NCBI GenBank assembly: GCA_039096225.1
Contig: JBBPEB010000006.1
Location: 496,001-560,000 of the forward strand
From: Blastocystis sp. Blastoise
Taxonomy: Eukaryota > Protista > Bigyra: Opalinata
Direction: 5' to 3'
DNA length: 64,000 bases
Shown here in pieces: positions 28,099 to 47,066 of the stretch. The position numbers and the translations under genes were made by a program. The notes under the pieces were generated by a model that saw only the letters and a list, made by a program, of their open reading frames with translations, did no database searches and had not been told where the DNA came from. The stretch's first letter is position 1; each line of letters starts with the position of its first letter.

Positions 28099-29291
28099 AT
28101 GAGTTCTGATATGAATACAATGGAAAAAGCTAATTCTCCCTGGGAGGCGTTCAAGATCGTCATTACTGGAGTTATTCTTGGATCTATTTTTGGATTTCAT
28201 CTTTATGAAGTCTATGAATATATGTATGGAAATGAATTAATGCTTCCAATTACGTGGTGTCTCTTTGCTTGCTACTTATCGTCATTTCATTTGTTAGAAT
28301 TTTTCGTAACAGCCATATATCATCCTGAGACACTTTCTTTTGATTCTTATCTTGTGAACCACAGTATACCCTATTGTACCGCTATTCTATTAGCAATTTC
28401 AGAATTCTGGATTGAATATTATTTCTGGCCAAAGTAAGTATTCTTTTCTTTTTTGTTTAGTATTCTTTTATATTATATTTGTAATTAATTATTATTATTT
28501 GTTGTTTTTGATACTATATACTATGTCTCCTATAGTTTAAAGACCTTAGATACCTTTGCTACTATCGGTAATTGGATTACTTGTATCGGTGAAGCTATAC
28601 GTTTTATTGGTCAATGTACATTAGGTAATAATTTTACTCATATTATTCGTACAATAAAATTATCAGAACATCATCTCGTACAAAATGGAATCTATAAGTA
28701 TATATATATTTGAATTTTATTAGTGTTATTCTATATTATGATAGTATTTAATGTATATATTTTCGATTTTAAAAAATTAATTTATGATTATGATTATATT
28801 TAATGTATATATTTTCAATTTTAAAGAATTAATTTATGATTATGATTATATTTAATGTTATATTTTCGATTCTTAAGAATATTAATTTATGATTATATAT
28901 TATATTTAATGTTACATTTTCAATTCTTAAGAATATTAATTTATGATTATTATTATATAGATTTCTTCGTCATCCATCGTATACTGGTTGGTATTACTTT
29001 GTTGTAGGTTCACAAATATTATTAAAGAATTGTATTTGTATTCCACTCTATATTGTTGTTGCATGGTGGTTTTTCAAAGAAAGAATTCCGTATTTTTTGA
29101 TATAAATATATATAGAATATCATTATTATTAAGATTCTTTTATTCTTATAGAAAACATCATTATTATTGTCATTTTATATATATATTCAATTTCCTATAG
29201 GTATGAAGAATATTATTTAGAATCTTTCTTCCCTACTCAATATGCTGATTATAAGAAACATACTTATGTTCTTATTCCTGGAATTCATTAA
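28099..29291 (+). CDS. ICMT: Protein-S-isoprenylcysteine O-methyltransferase (STE14/ICMT), 4 exons
   Basis: FHLLEFFVTA, SFDSYLVNHS, LGNNFTHII, HHLVQNGIY, LRHPSYTGW, RIPYEEYYL motifs. Confidence 0.93.
28745..28955. repeat. ~55-60-bp tandem repeat (about 4 copies) in ICMT intron 2
   Basis: TTTAATGT...TTTTC(G/A)ATT...AATTTATGATTAT units. Confidence 0.8.
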
Positions 29292-29909
29292 ATCATATTT
29301 ATACAATTCATTCGTAAAAATTATATCTCTATTTTTTTTTTCATAATGATATTTCATTTCTCTTTATGCGTATATGTTTATATACTTTCTTCGCTTTTCT
29401 ATTCATATTTCAGTTAACTATATTTATACTTTTATCCTTTTTTTTTGTATATATTATTTGTTTTCTTGAATATTCATTGTTACTTTTGTTTAGAAGATTG
29501 TTTCGTTTATCTAGTTCTCTGAATATCCTTCCAGCAGTATAACTTTTTTAAATCACTATTTAATATACATTGATAACAATTTTTATTAACATCCTATCTT
29601 TATGCTACGGCTAAACGATACACTATTACTGTCTATTTATGAATATATGTGTTGATTATAAGAAAAAAGAAAACTTTTTAAAAACAAGATTATTGTATAT
29701 GGACTGGCTCTAAAGAGGAGAATTTCCAGGAAATCTACAATTCTATGGACAATCAATTTATTTCCTATAATTCAAGGTATTTCTATGTGTTTCCAATTAT
29801 TTAACTAATTTATGCATTTTACATAGTGAAGAATTATATACAAAGAATATAAATAATACGTTATTAATCAATTTGAATTAGTCATTTGTTGTATATGTCG
29901 TATTAAAGA

Positions 29910-32237
29910 ATGAAATTAGTGAATTCAAAAGTAATTGGAAGAGATTTATCTGGATCTGTAACATTGATTCCAGAAGAAAATGAAGATATTTGGGAATTGT
30001 ATTTATTTTTTTAATTTTTTTTCTACATCATAATTTTATTTGAATATGCTTCTCTGATTCATATATTTTGAATAGGTATAACATTATTGCCAAAGATGAT
30101 CGAATTAAAATGAAAACATTTCGAAAAGTTTCAAACACAAATTCTGCTGGTACTACTACTATTAATAAAGTTCCACTCAATTTAACTATCCAAGTATTTT
30201 TCAATTTTTTTTAATTTTTTTTTAAGTATTTAATATTGTAATATTGTAGATATATATTTATTTATATATAGGTAAAAAAAGTATCTTATGATATTGAATC
30301 TGGTTCTATGAGAATTGGAGGTATCAACGTTCAAGAAAACGAATATGTTTCTGTATATATTATAATTATTGCTTTTTTTTTATTGTAATTATTATTTTAT
30401 TTGTTATAATTAATTAATTTATTTATAATAATTATTATGATAAATTATTATTATTATATATAGTTAGGTGCCCATCATACGATTCAAATAGAGTTATTTA
30501 AGCCTGTAACAATAGAAAAAGAAGCTTGGTGTCAAATAGATTTAAATAGAATTAAAGATATAGTTAATATAGAAAAAACTGCAGAAATAGGATGTATATT
30601 AATGGAAGAAGGTCTAGCTACTCTATGTTTAATTAAAAATAAATTAACTTTTATTAAAGCAAAAATAGAAAAAACTATTCCACGTAAAGGAAGAGGAGGA
30701 AATACTCAAAATGAAAAGGTATATATATATATATAATAAATATTGTTTTATATATATATTATTTATATATATATATATATAGTAAATATAGTTTTTAAAT
30801 AAATAATATTTATATATTATTTATAAATATATATATAATAAATATTGTTTTATTTATATAATATTTATAAATAATTTATATATATATATATAGGCCTTAG
30901 AACAATTTTTTAAGACTATTTATCAAAATATGATTAAAATATTTAATTTCGATACAATTAAAGTATATATATATATATATATATATAAATTGAATTGTTT
31001 TATTTTTATTATTTTATAATTATTTATTATTGGATATTATTTATTCTATATATGAATAAATAGGTAGTTTTATTGGCATCTCCAGGATTTGTTCGTGAAA
31101 GTTATTTGAAATATATGAATGCACAAGCTATAAGAGAAGGAAATAGAGTATATATATATATATTATTTTATTCAGATATATATATATATTTTTTATTTTT
31201 TTTTGTTAGAAATTATATATATATATATTTTATTTTTTATTTTTTTATTTTTTTGTTAGAAATTATAAATATATATATATAGAAAATAACTCAGAATCCA
31301 TCAAAATTCTTATTAGTACATACTGATTCTGGACATATGTCCTGCTTACAAGTATATATATTAGTTCTCTAATTCTTATATATTATATTATTATATATTA
31401 TATTATTATATATTATATTATTATATATTATATTATTATATATTATATTATTATATATTATATTATTATATATTATATAGACTGTTTTATCTGATCCTGA
31501 TATTATGAATAAAATAATGGATTCTAAAAATACAGGAGAAGTATATATATATAAACATAACTATAATTAATATTAACATACATATAATTATAAACATAAA
31601 TATAATTAATATAAACATAAATAATAATATTATTATTATATATATACTCTAGTTAAAAGCTATTAATGATTTTTATGAAAGTTTATCAACCAATCCGGAT
31701 ACAGTAACGTACGGAGACCATCATGTGCAGAAAGCTATTGAATTAGGAGCAGTAAAAACATTTCTTATTTGCGATTCCGTTCTTCGAAAAACAAGTATTC
31801 AAGATAGACAACGATATGTATATATAGTGTATTATATTATATATTATATAATATTATATATATTATATTACATAAATATATATATAATATTATATATATT
31901 TTATTATATATATTTTATTATATATATTACATTATATATTATAAAAAATAATTCTTAAAAATAAAATATATAATAAATTATATATTAAAGAGTGAATTAA
32001 TGGAGACAGTTGAGAATATGGGTGGTTCTGTTTATATATTATCAGAAATGCACGTATCTGGACAACAACTTAAAAATGTATTTATATTCTCTTTTATTTT
32101 TTTCTATATATATATATTTTTAAATTCTAAATAATTATATTATTATTATATAGTTAACTGGTATTGCTGCAATTCTACGTTATCCTGTTCCTGAACTAGA
32201 TGAATTAGCAGATGAAGATGAAAGTGATGATGAATAA
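29910..32237 (+). CDS. PELO: Pelota/Dom34 ribosome-rescue factor (eRF1 family), ~11 exons
   Basis: MKLV...GSVTLIPEENEDIWELYN, LGAHHT, IPRKGRG, ASPGF, HVSGQQL, LTGIAAILRYP; all junctions GT-AG. Confidence 0.95.
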
Positions 32238-32844
32238 ACATTTTTTTTTCTAAATTATATTTTACATTTTATTTTTTTTTGTTTTCCATTCGTCATATTC
32301 ATTATTTTCTATTTTTTTAAACTACTTGCTATAAATTCACTTTTTTCAATATTTATATATCATTCTAATTTCTTTATTATTCATTTTTTCATTTTTTTCC
32401 ATGTATTTCTCTTGTGCTGTTATAAATAAAAATATATTATAATCACTCTCTTTTAAATTATCTTAAATAACTACAAGAATCTGAATAAATAATAAAAATG
32501 CTATTTTCACTTCTTCTCCAAAAAACAAAATTGGGAAAAAGAATTAAATATAGTTTGAAACAATGCTTGATGAATCAATGTTCTTTCGTGAATCAATAAT
32601 ATGCTAAACTATCATTAGAATCAGCTTTAAAATGCTAAATTAGAAATAAAAGAAAAATTATATGATTTTTATGTAAATTAAAACCAATACAAATATATTC
32701 CCCGTTATTATTCTTTCCATACAACTTTTTATAAACATAAAGACTTTTATCTATCTACGTTATTGAGTTTAGCTAGTATTCATTCAATAGTTCTTTTACA
32801 ATTTATTAAGTCATTATATTTATTTTATATAGGCAATAATATTC

Positions 32845-35800
32845 ATGTTTAAATCTAGTCAGTTTGATATTTCGCAGTTATTAGACAATGATAACATCGA
32901 TTATTTCGCAGATTACGTCATGGAAGTCGTTCTAAATGAGTTCAAGTATTATATATTGTTTGCTTATTTAAAAATTATATTATATTATCTAGAAATGATA
33001 CCGTTTTCTATTCTATCTCGATTCGTAATGACTTCTATTACTCATTTGAGAATATTATGATGAAGATGTTTAGTTCTCCTTCTATTGGTTATCATAATGC
33101 ATCTTGGTTTGAAAAAACACTTCGTAAAAGCTTTTCATTTAAAGGAATTGAGTTGGGATCTATTAATAAATCGTAAGTATTATTCAATATATAACTATCT
33201 TATATATAGAACAAAGACTACTCCTTCAGAAGGTATTTCGAGTAATGTATCTTCAAATTCAACTATTTGTGATAGACTATTACAACTTCTTGCTGTATAT
33301 CCTACAAGAGATCATGAAAACAACTTATTTTTAATATTATTACGTTTTCCGTTTCCAATGGAATTACAAATGTCCTTAGAATTTTTCCCTGAATCTTCTC
33401 GAACAATCAATCCAGTGACTTTCGAATATTTACCTTTATTTCAAAACCATTTACTTAAACGAAACCAAGATAATGTTCATCAAACTATTAATGTTACTTT
33501 TTTTGAATATTTTATTATCACTTTTTTAACATATTTAATTAATACAAAACAATGTTTAAAGTATATATATATATTTTAATATTATATACGTTTTTTAATA
33601 TTATAAATGTTTTAAATTTTTTTATTTTTTTAATATTATAATTGTTTTTAATAAGATAAGTATTCTTAATATTTATATACTTATTTAATGATTGTTTGTA
33701 TATTTATTTAATATATACTTTATTATTGATAGTATTACATATATATATATATATAGTGAAGTGAAATCCTCTCATTTCTTTGGATTATCTCCATTTAAAT
33801 CTACAAGTTTATTAAATAAAAAGAAAGAGGATACTAAAACGAATGCTACTATTACTAATGATAATAATAATATAGATCTAGATTCTTCTCCTATTAATAA
33901 GAAATCTAAATCTATTACATATCCTGAAAAAATAGGAAAAGGAAATTTAGCAATACAATTATTTTTTCAATATATTCATTATTTAATAACATTAGATAGA
34001 AATTGTAAAAATCAAACACAATTCTCAAAATCATCATCATCTTCATCTTCTTATAATAATAATAATAATATGAATATAGGAATGAATTCTACGATTACTT
34101 CTTATCCTTATGGCTCTTTAACTACAAGTACTATGAATAGAAATGATATCAATAAATATAATAATAATAATACTATATATTCTGCTTCTGCACCTTCTAA
34201 TTATTTTAATATAAATTCGAATTATTCGACTTCTTTTTCTTCTATATCATCTTCATCTACTTCTACTATTACTTGTAAAGAATGTCAATTCTTCTTCGAT
34301 GCTATTACCGCCCTTTGGATGCCGCCTCTTCCGTCTCTTGGAAGATTCTGGAAAGATATATATAGTAATGTCGGATATCCTTATTTTAAAGTATATTAAA
34401 TTTTATTTTTTTTTTTTCATGATTTTTATTATTATATTTATTTTATTATATTTATTTTATTATATTTATTTTATTATATTTATTATTATATTACTTATTT
34501 TTTAAATTTTTATACTTTATTAATAAATCTACTAATTAATATTCTATATACTATATATATATAGACTTATAAAGTTCCTTCTATTAATATATTTCAATGT
34601 ATACGTTATATGGTATTGTATATACAACAAGATCCAGATATTAAGAATAATGGTTCTTCTCAATATTTAACTACTATTCAAAAACCATTATTTTATTTCT
34701 TAGCACGAAATCTTGCTTTTGCTCCTATTGAACAAGATACATTCTATAGAGTATATATATATATTAATTATATTTATTATTATATTTCTTATTATTTTAA
34801 TGTTTAATTTTCTTTATTTAAATTTAATCTATGAATAGCATACTTTATATATTCATAATATATTTTACTATATATATGAATAATATACTATATATAGACC
34901 GTAGAAATATGGTTATGTTATATGCAGCCATGGGCAAATAATGATTTATATAATAATAAATCTCCTTCAATTAAATATAGTGATGAATATAAAATATATG
35001 TTTGTAATAATTATTTATTTTATTCAAGTTTACTCTTAATTTTCTTAAAACGTTCTGTATATTTTGATTATACTAATGAAAATATAAGAAATTTATTTAT
35101 GGATGTATTATCTGTATATACAGAACAATTATGTTCTTTATTTGATTCTATTGAATTATTTTTAGAACAAAGAAGTCAAATAGGATATAATAATTTTGAT
35201 CCTATAACCACTACACTATTTGAAACTCAAATGAAATATGTTTATGATAATTATAGAGTATATTTATTATAATATATTATTAATATTGTTATATTATTAT
35301 TATTATTTAATATATATAGATATTATTATTATTATTATTATTATTATTTAATATATATATATATTATTAAATATATTTATATTATATAATATTATTATTA
35401 TTATTTAATATATATATAGATATTATCTGAACCATTAGAATACGTTAATTTCTTCATTTTAGAGTCACAAATGAGTAATTTAATAACAATGAATCAACAA
35501 TATTTAAAAAAGTATATATTTTTATATTCTATAAACTGTTATATCAATTATATATATTCTATATTATTTTATAAAATTTAAATTTATTATATACTATATT
35601 TTATTTATTATATTGTTCTATAATTTTATGAATTATATATATATATATAGAGACTTGGATACGATAATAACTCAAATTGCTATTATTCTTCGTATTAATA
35701 TTGAGGACTATAAACAATTCTTTGAAACACAAAATCAACAAAAGAAAGCATCCAAAATACATATCACCCCTGTATATATATAAATAATTCATATATAATA

Positions 35801-36371
35801 TATATAAATAATTCATATATAATATATATATAAATAATACTTATATAAACTTATATATATATAGCCTTCTAATGATACTATGATGTCTCGTTCTTATCAA
35901 AGTCCTTTAGAAATCATGTTATCCCCGTGGGAAATACCTTCATTAACTCGTTTTTTAATTAAATTAAGTTATATAATAAATAAGTTTATTCTTCATTTAC
36001 CTTATCCTCTCTTCTTTATATGTCATATTATAAATGTTATATTTCATATACTTTTAAATATTTTAATATTATTATTTAATGGAATACATTATTTACCTTT
36101 TCTATCAAGATTTGGAACAATAGACTTTTATACTTTAAATATATTTCATTATCGTGAATATTATAATGAAAATTATAAGATTTATATAGATGAAGAAGAA
36201 GATGATGATGATGATGATGATGATGAAGATGATGATAATAATAATCATAAACACTATATACCTATGTTTGTCAATCTTAGATATTTTGGTAGACTTGACT
36301 TTGTTTTGTGGTTTTCATGCTATCTATGTCTGCTAATAAGCGTATACACATTAGTTTCTACGTTTTTTTAA
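32845..36371 (+). CDS. Sphingomyelin phosphodiesterase 4 (SMPD4/nSMase3)-like protein
   Basis: Recalled family motifs: FFEYFIITF, VEIWLCYMQPW, WEIPSLTRFLIKLS, VNLRYFG followed by a C-terminal TM helix. Start codon uncertain. Confidence 0.7.
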
Positions 36372-36726
36372 TCTTTATATAAATTTATTATTGTTTTTTT
36401 TTTTTTTCTTCATTTCAATTTATCGTTTTATTTGTTATAAGTATATAGTATATGTATTCACTTTTAATAATTTTAATTAATTTATCTTTTTTTTTTACAT
36501 ATTTTACTGTTTTACATTTTCTTTTGTTAAGGTGTCCATAGAAATAATTGTTTATTATTATTTAGTTTTGTTTAATCTTTTTTATTATCATTATATATAA
36601 TATATATAAGCTTGATTAAAAAGAAAGAATAAACAAGTTTGTTGTAAAATTAAAAAAATCGATACTATACTTTTTGATATATATATAGATACTATAACAA
36701 GCTTATTATATAATAAATAATCATGA

Positions 36727-40086
<3,360 letters not shown>

Positions 40087-40864
40087 ATAAAGATATTTAT
40101 ATAGAAAATACTATTTTCAGCCATTTAAAGAGGAGTAAAAGATCTAGAGTAAAATAAATGCTAGTAGTTTAATAATTATTTAATATTGAATGAACACCAG
40201 TATATATAATAATTAATAATATATATTAAATACAGTGATATCTGTAAAATTAGTTGCAAAAACCAGCAAAATTATTTTTGTTGTTGTTGGTCATGAGAAA
40301 TCTTGGGAATCATATGAAATGAACTGTATTGTTTCTCTACTTCATTTCTAGAAAAATGTATTGGATGAGAAAAAAGAGAACTATCGTCGTCATTATTGTG
40401 CTCCATAAATTTTTCCAGAAAAACCGTATATAAAAACAAATCAATAAAAAGATATATTTTAATAGTTTAAGGTTAATAGATACATAGAAAAAAAGGTGAA
40501 CAAAAATAATCAACTTGAATAGAATATAACAAAGAATTGAAGAACAAAAATAAAATGAGGATGGAAAAATTTTGGTCAACTACGAATATATGTGTCTTAA
40601 ACATATATATATATATAGAAAGAATGGCATTGAATAATTTTACATGACAAAAAAATAATGATTTAAGAAAGAAAATGAAAAAAAAATAAAATGAAATAAA
40701 AAATTTAAAAAAATTTGTTATAATCAGAAATAGTTCTAATAATAATTAAAAAAAAGTATTTATGGAAAATTAAGTATTTATTTAGTAAGAAAAATATATA
40801 TAGAGAGAATATTGTGAATAGGAGTATAGAATAAATATGAATATAATAATAGATATATTGTATA

Positions 40865-42392
40865 TTACATAAAAACGATTTCATCATCATATTCTTCAAC
40901 TGGTGTCGAAATACAAGCTTCTACCGCGGGACTAGCAAAATGATAAGGATCCATAGTAGTATTATTAGTATTATTATTCATATTATTATATAAATGATCT
41001 TGTTGAGGACTAGTAGAAGACGTTGTAGGAGGGTCAGAAATACTTTCTTCATGAGGCGACGGATAATATATAAATGATTTTACTGTATGAATAGGTTTTT
41101 CTTTATATGTATGAGTAGAAATTAATTTTCGATATATATCAAATGATATAGTATTTTGTTGATGAAAACATAATAATTGACTTTGAGATATTTGATTTAC
41201 ATCAATAAATATTGTAGATATACTTTTTTCATCAGGTAACACTGTCTATATAAAATGATATATTTATTATTATTATAATAAATTATTTTATATATAAATC
41301 TATAGTATATATATCTATATACTTTTAAATCTTGTTTTGATATATTTCCATCTTTATCTTGATCTAATGAAACAAATATACTATATAAATGTGCTTCTTT
41401 CATATATTCAGATCGACGAAGTGAACTACCAATACATACAGCTAAATAATATATATATATAGTTATTAAAAATATTGATATATATATATATATAAATATA
41501 TATATTTATTATTTATAATATGATTATATATATATACATTTAGTAATATCTCTTCCTAACTGTTCTTGAATAGAATTTAAAGCAGTCTCAATTCGTTCTA
41601 AAGGAATATTCTCATTCTATATATATATATATATATATAATATTAATATGTATACTTGTAAATAACACAAATTTTGAATTCCCTTGGCAGTCACCACTTT
41701 TTTACCTAATATAAACAATAATAAGTATAATAATATGTATATTAAAAAATATAATAACGAGTAAATAATAAATATAATAATAAATATAATAATAATAATA
41801 TACCATCAATAGTTTCAGAGATAATATCGAATGTATTACTCATTTTATCTATAGCAGCACCTGCTAATAATATACTCATTTGTTCTAATACTATTTGTTT
41901 TAATAAATTATATTTAGTAAATTTATCTAATCCATATAATACAGATTTCCACGGTAAACAGGACTCTTGTTTCATTGTAGTTAATACCCAAGAATGTTTT
42001 AATGCATCTTCTATATATATATAGATATATATATATATATAGACTTTATATACTTACATATAATAATAATAATAAATATGTTAATAATAAACATAATAAT
42101 AATATAATAATAAACATAATAATAATTAATATATATATATATATATATACCTGCACTAATACGGGTTGTTGGATTCATGTCTAAAAATCGTTTTAATAAA
42201 TGTTTACAACCTGATGATATATGAACCCATATATCTATATATATTATTATTATTATTATTATTATTAAACATTTATATATATATATATATATATACCAGA
42301 ATCCATATTAATTTGTCCTTTAGAAATGAATTCATAAGTCTCATTATCAGTTTTCCCTTTAAATGGAAAATCACCTATAGAATAATAATAAT

Positions 42393-42423
<31 letters not shown>

Positions 42424-43498
42424 CCTGATAACATAATATACATCATAATACCAACTGACCACATATCTGTTTTCTCAGTATAATAGCCACGTAATATATC
42501 AGGAGACATATAGGACACTGTACCTACCTTCTCTATATTATATATATAAACATTTCATTAATTTTATTTTATATAAAAGCATTTAAATTAAGAATTATAT
42601 AAATATATATATAAGAATATAATCACAGATTCATACCTGTAAGGGGTTCAGTCTATATATATATATAATTAAGAATATATAAATATATATATATACGACT
42701 GTAGTAGCCATTCCAAAATCAATTATTTTGACTACATTATGGTCTTTATCTCTTAACATACAGTTCTCTATATATATTATAATTAGAATAATAATAATTC
42801 TTTTTATTCTATTATAATTATAAATATTTCTGTTATTAACATAAATAATATAATAAAAAGTGAAATAATATACATATATACCTAATTTTAGATCTCTATG
42901 AGCTATATGTTTTTTATGTATATATTCTAAGGCTTGTAAAATTTGAATCAAATAATAACATGTTTGAGTCTCAGTAAATGGCTTATCTTGAGATTGTAAT
43001 AACTCAAATAATTCACCACCTTCACATTTCTCAATAACCTAATAGAAAAAAATAATTTGAAACTAGTATAATAAAAAAATACAAGGCATGTTTCTTTAGA
43101 TGTCGTAAAAAAATCATAATATTTGACAATATTCGGATGACAAAGTTGCTATAATAATTCTTTATCATAAATACATATATTCCACATACTTCCAAGTACT
43201 TTTTTTCATTATACAATGTTTTCGTTTCTTGACTGCACTTTTTGGATACACATTTCACTGCAATCTTTCGATCACTACTTATATCAATTCCAGATCTATT
43301 TTAAAAAATAAGTGAATAAGAATTCAAACATAAAATGACTATTAAATACCGAACAGTTCCAAATCTACCTTCACCAATACTTTTTTGATCCATTAAATAA
43401 GGTTCTGAGAAGATTCTAGGCAGATCTGCTGCAGCTCCTGACCGTGACTGTGCTGTTATTTGGCTTTTTTGATTTATTTTTGATTCAGACGTACCCAT
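40865..43498 (-). CDS. CAMK-group, CDPK-like protein kinase with EF-hand
   Basis: IGEGRFGTV, AVK, GGELF, HRDLKLEN, DFG, GTVSYMSPD, DMWSVG; EF loop DQDKDGNISKQD; N-terminal MGTSESK myristoylation-like motif. Confidence 0.9.
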
Positions 43499-44536
43499 TT
43501 GATATTATTTCTTTGAATTATGTATGAATAACACCAATAATGTTTTTAGAGAAGTGAAATACGAGAATATTAATTAAAATGAACTCGAAATAGATTATTT
43601 TGGAAATTCGTTCATCCACTAAAATAAACTTCTGAAGGATATTCACGGGAATTCCAACGACAATCACAATTTCTATTGGCGAACGATTCTCTGAGAATTA
43701 TTACCACTTTGTTTTACCTAAATTTAGAGGTCTTATATCAAATAATATGTTGGGATTAATACATTGATATAATGTTGATATTATTGCCGATAAAAAGATC
43801 TCCTTTTAGAAAAGAATCTTCTCATTTAGTAATTGAAATTGTTTATTTAAGGGCCTCATTTTAAATTCAATTAATTTCTTTTTATCCAAGAAAATGATAA
43901 TAATTCTTCATTATTTGCAAGCATTAAAAATATATTCAAGTAAATTATTTTTAACCATGACAGTTTATTATCATTATTTGAATGATATAAATTAGTTATC
44001 AAGTTTAAGGAATTAATTTATAAGCTTATTTTCGATTAAGACTTTATATGTTTATGAAATAGTCAATTTGTTTTTCTCATTTGAAAATATTAAATTATTA
44101 CATATAACTGTGTACATAAGCAATTCATTTATATGATTACCATAACAAAAAAGAGTCTTTAGTATTTTCTTTAATGATTTCACAAAAAAAAAGCATACTA
44201 TTTTGAGTTGTCTTCATATTATTATGTTTTAATAATTATTACTATTCAAGAATATGTTGGCATCGATTTTTTAACATTATATGAATGTTTTTACGATATT
44301 ATAAAGAGTTATGTACAATGAGAGTAGCGGCAACATATAATAAGCCAGTTATTATGATAAATTGAAACTATTTGGAAATATGTAAATAAACTGTTTATAA
44401 TAACAGAAATATAAAGTATCTATGAAACAATAAACCAACAGTAAACTAAAAAACGAATGAAAAATCAAATTAGTTACTTAAATAAAAGTATAAGAGATTA
44501 TCTATTTTATAAATAGGATATATATAAACTAATTAT

Positions 44537-45754
44537 TCAAATTCTTCCCCATACTTCATAATCTTCAACAATAAAGTAATTTGGATTATTTGGACTATCA
44601 GTATTTACAAATAAAGAGGATTTTTGAGGTGTATTCACAGATACAAAAGACATCGCTGTAGTCCATGCATTACTGTTAGTAATATGGCAATTATCATTAA
44701 TACGTATATCTGAACCACCACCAAATACAGGACCACAAGAAGAATTACAACCAATACCTCTAAGAATACCATTATGTCCATATTTAGTAGGAGGAATACC
44801 ATGTTCATTACTTAATGTAAATAAAAACTCATTACAAGATTTTTCATCATGCCATTCATCAGAAGATATCCAACTTTGATCAGTATATCCTCCAAAAATA
44901 TTAATATGATTATAATTTCCTTTATGTTTAATTAGAGTCACCGTTTCTCCTTTATTGTTACAATAATTATGGAATTCACTCGCTTTATAGTCATGTTCAC
45001 TTGCTCTAAATAATAATTTCCATTTCTTTTCTTTACCAAGCCAATTCACTAAGGGAGTTTCAAAACATTTCTTCTCAATTATAGTTGAATTCATAAATAC
45101 ATTTAGTTTTCCTATCATTGCTTCTCTCACAGCTTCTCTTCCTTCTTCACCAAATAATTCAACCATTTCTTTCTCTAATAATTCTTTATTAATATCATCA
45201 ATTTTATCTTCTTCTATATCTATATATCTATCATTTACATATTGAGTAATATATTCAATATATTTGTATTCCTTATTCATATATAAACTTTCATCAATAG
45301 GATTATAATCAATAAATCCATTATCATAGTTCATAACATAATTATTCCATAAGTCGTTCTTTATTAAAAACTCTTTAATAATATCATTCTTGTTTCCATT
45401 TATAATTAAAGAAACTTCATCTCGTTTCTTATATTTCTTCATATTTCGATCTCTTCTTTCTCTACACGCAATCAAATCTATAGGAATCACTAAACCACAA
45501 AATTCAAATAAATTCAATAGTTCTAATTGTTCCTCATAAGAAAAAGTATCAAAATCTACTTTCTTTCCATTCAAATAATCTAATAAATAGTAAATAAAAG
45601 CATCATTACCTCTATAATCAAGAAATACAGATCCATCATTTGTTCTTTTTTCTTCATTACGTTGTTCTTCAATAAAAGAACCTTTTAGGCTATCTAAAAC
45701 AGATTTCGATATTTGAAAAATAGGACCATTACTTGTAAATCGTATCAAATCCAT

Positions 45755-45804
<50 letters not shown>

Positions 45805-46069
45805 TATCCATATTAACATTATTTTCATGAATAAAAGAATCATTTTGAAGAATTTCTTGTTTCTCATCTTCATTTTTATGATTGATTTCTTCATTATTTC
45901 TAGTTAATTGTTTGATTAATTCATTGATGAATTCACCAGAGTGGTTACAGAAACTAATTGACTTACTGAAAAGACCAATCAAATCAACAGCTAGTTGTTC
46001 AAAGTGAAGTATATTCTTCTGAATATCATCATTCTTATTATTATCGTATTCTACCTTTTCTTTTACCAT
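44537..46069 (-). CDS. BTB-like + TLDc domain protein (copy 1, intronless)
   Basis: Single ORF; WKLLFRASEH...FH.YC..KGETVTLIK...IFGGYT...FLFTL...GPVFG...EDYEVW is the TLDc signature; N-terminal T1/BTB-like DGSVFLD...YLLDYLNG. Confidence 0.9.
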
Positions 46070-47066
46070 TTTCAAATAATAAAAAAATATGAAAATATAA
46101 TAAAAATGTCAAAAAAAAAAAATGAAATCTAAACAATTGAGGAGAACTCAATTTGATTTCCCTTTGATTCTTTGAACCAATAATATATGGATTCCTTCTT
46201 TACGTAAGAATTGTCATCGACTACGATAGTATTCGTCAAGAATCTCAAATAGAAATAGAATAAATAGTATTTTTTATGATGAAATCTCATCTTTTGAAAG
46301 TACTAGGTTTAACAGGAATGAATAAACTGAATGTTTTGAAGGATTTGAAGGTTTGAAAGTATTGTTTTCTTTTGTGAATATATTATGAATCTTATTTATT
46401 ATAATGAATTATTTAGAAAATAATTATTTAAAAAAGTTTTTGTGAAAAATAGAATTGTTTTTTTTTGTTTATAAAAGTCACCTTTTTATTCTAATCATTC
46501 ATTATCTCGATTCTTTCATTGATATTGTTCAAGATAGTGTTGCTTATTATTTGTAAATATTCCTATGAAAGAAAATATTATGAAAAAGAAATTATGTTTG
46601 ATTAAAACATTGTTTATTATATATTTATTGAATTAAAATGTATTCTATAGATGTTTTAAATGAAAATAATCTAAAGAGTAATATATATAATTCTTGATCG
46701 AACTCTCATTACTTATATTTAATGATTATAAAGATTTCTTAGCCACATAAATAGATATAATAATTATTATTCTATATTAATTTCAATGAAATATTTGAAT
46801 TTATGTTAAAAAACCAAATTTAATGGTTTCAAATATCATGAATTACTTATTCATCAATATCACACTCACATATCTATTCATAATACAATGATTCTTTCAT
46901 ATATAAGAATACCAATTTCAAAAACACATTCATTTCTTTCTTTGATTAAATCATATTCAATTCACTATTCTTCTTTATAAATCATTCTATCCAAGAATAC
47001 TCACATTTTAATCAAATTAACATTCCTAAATCATTTTAATCAAAATATCAAAAATACCAAGAAAAA

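Noticed and set aside
35601-35816. Minus-strand ORF
   Set aside because: Antisense to an in-frame exon of the SMPD4-like gene.
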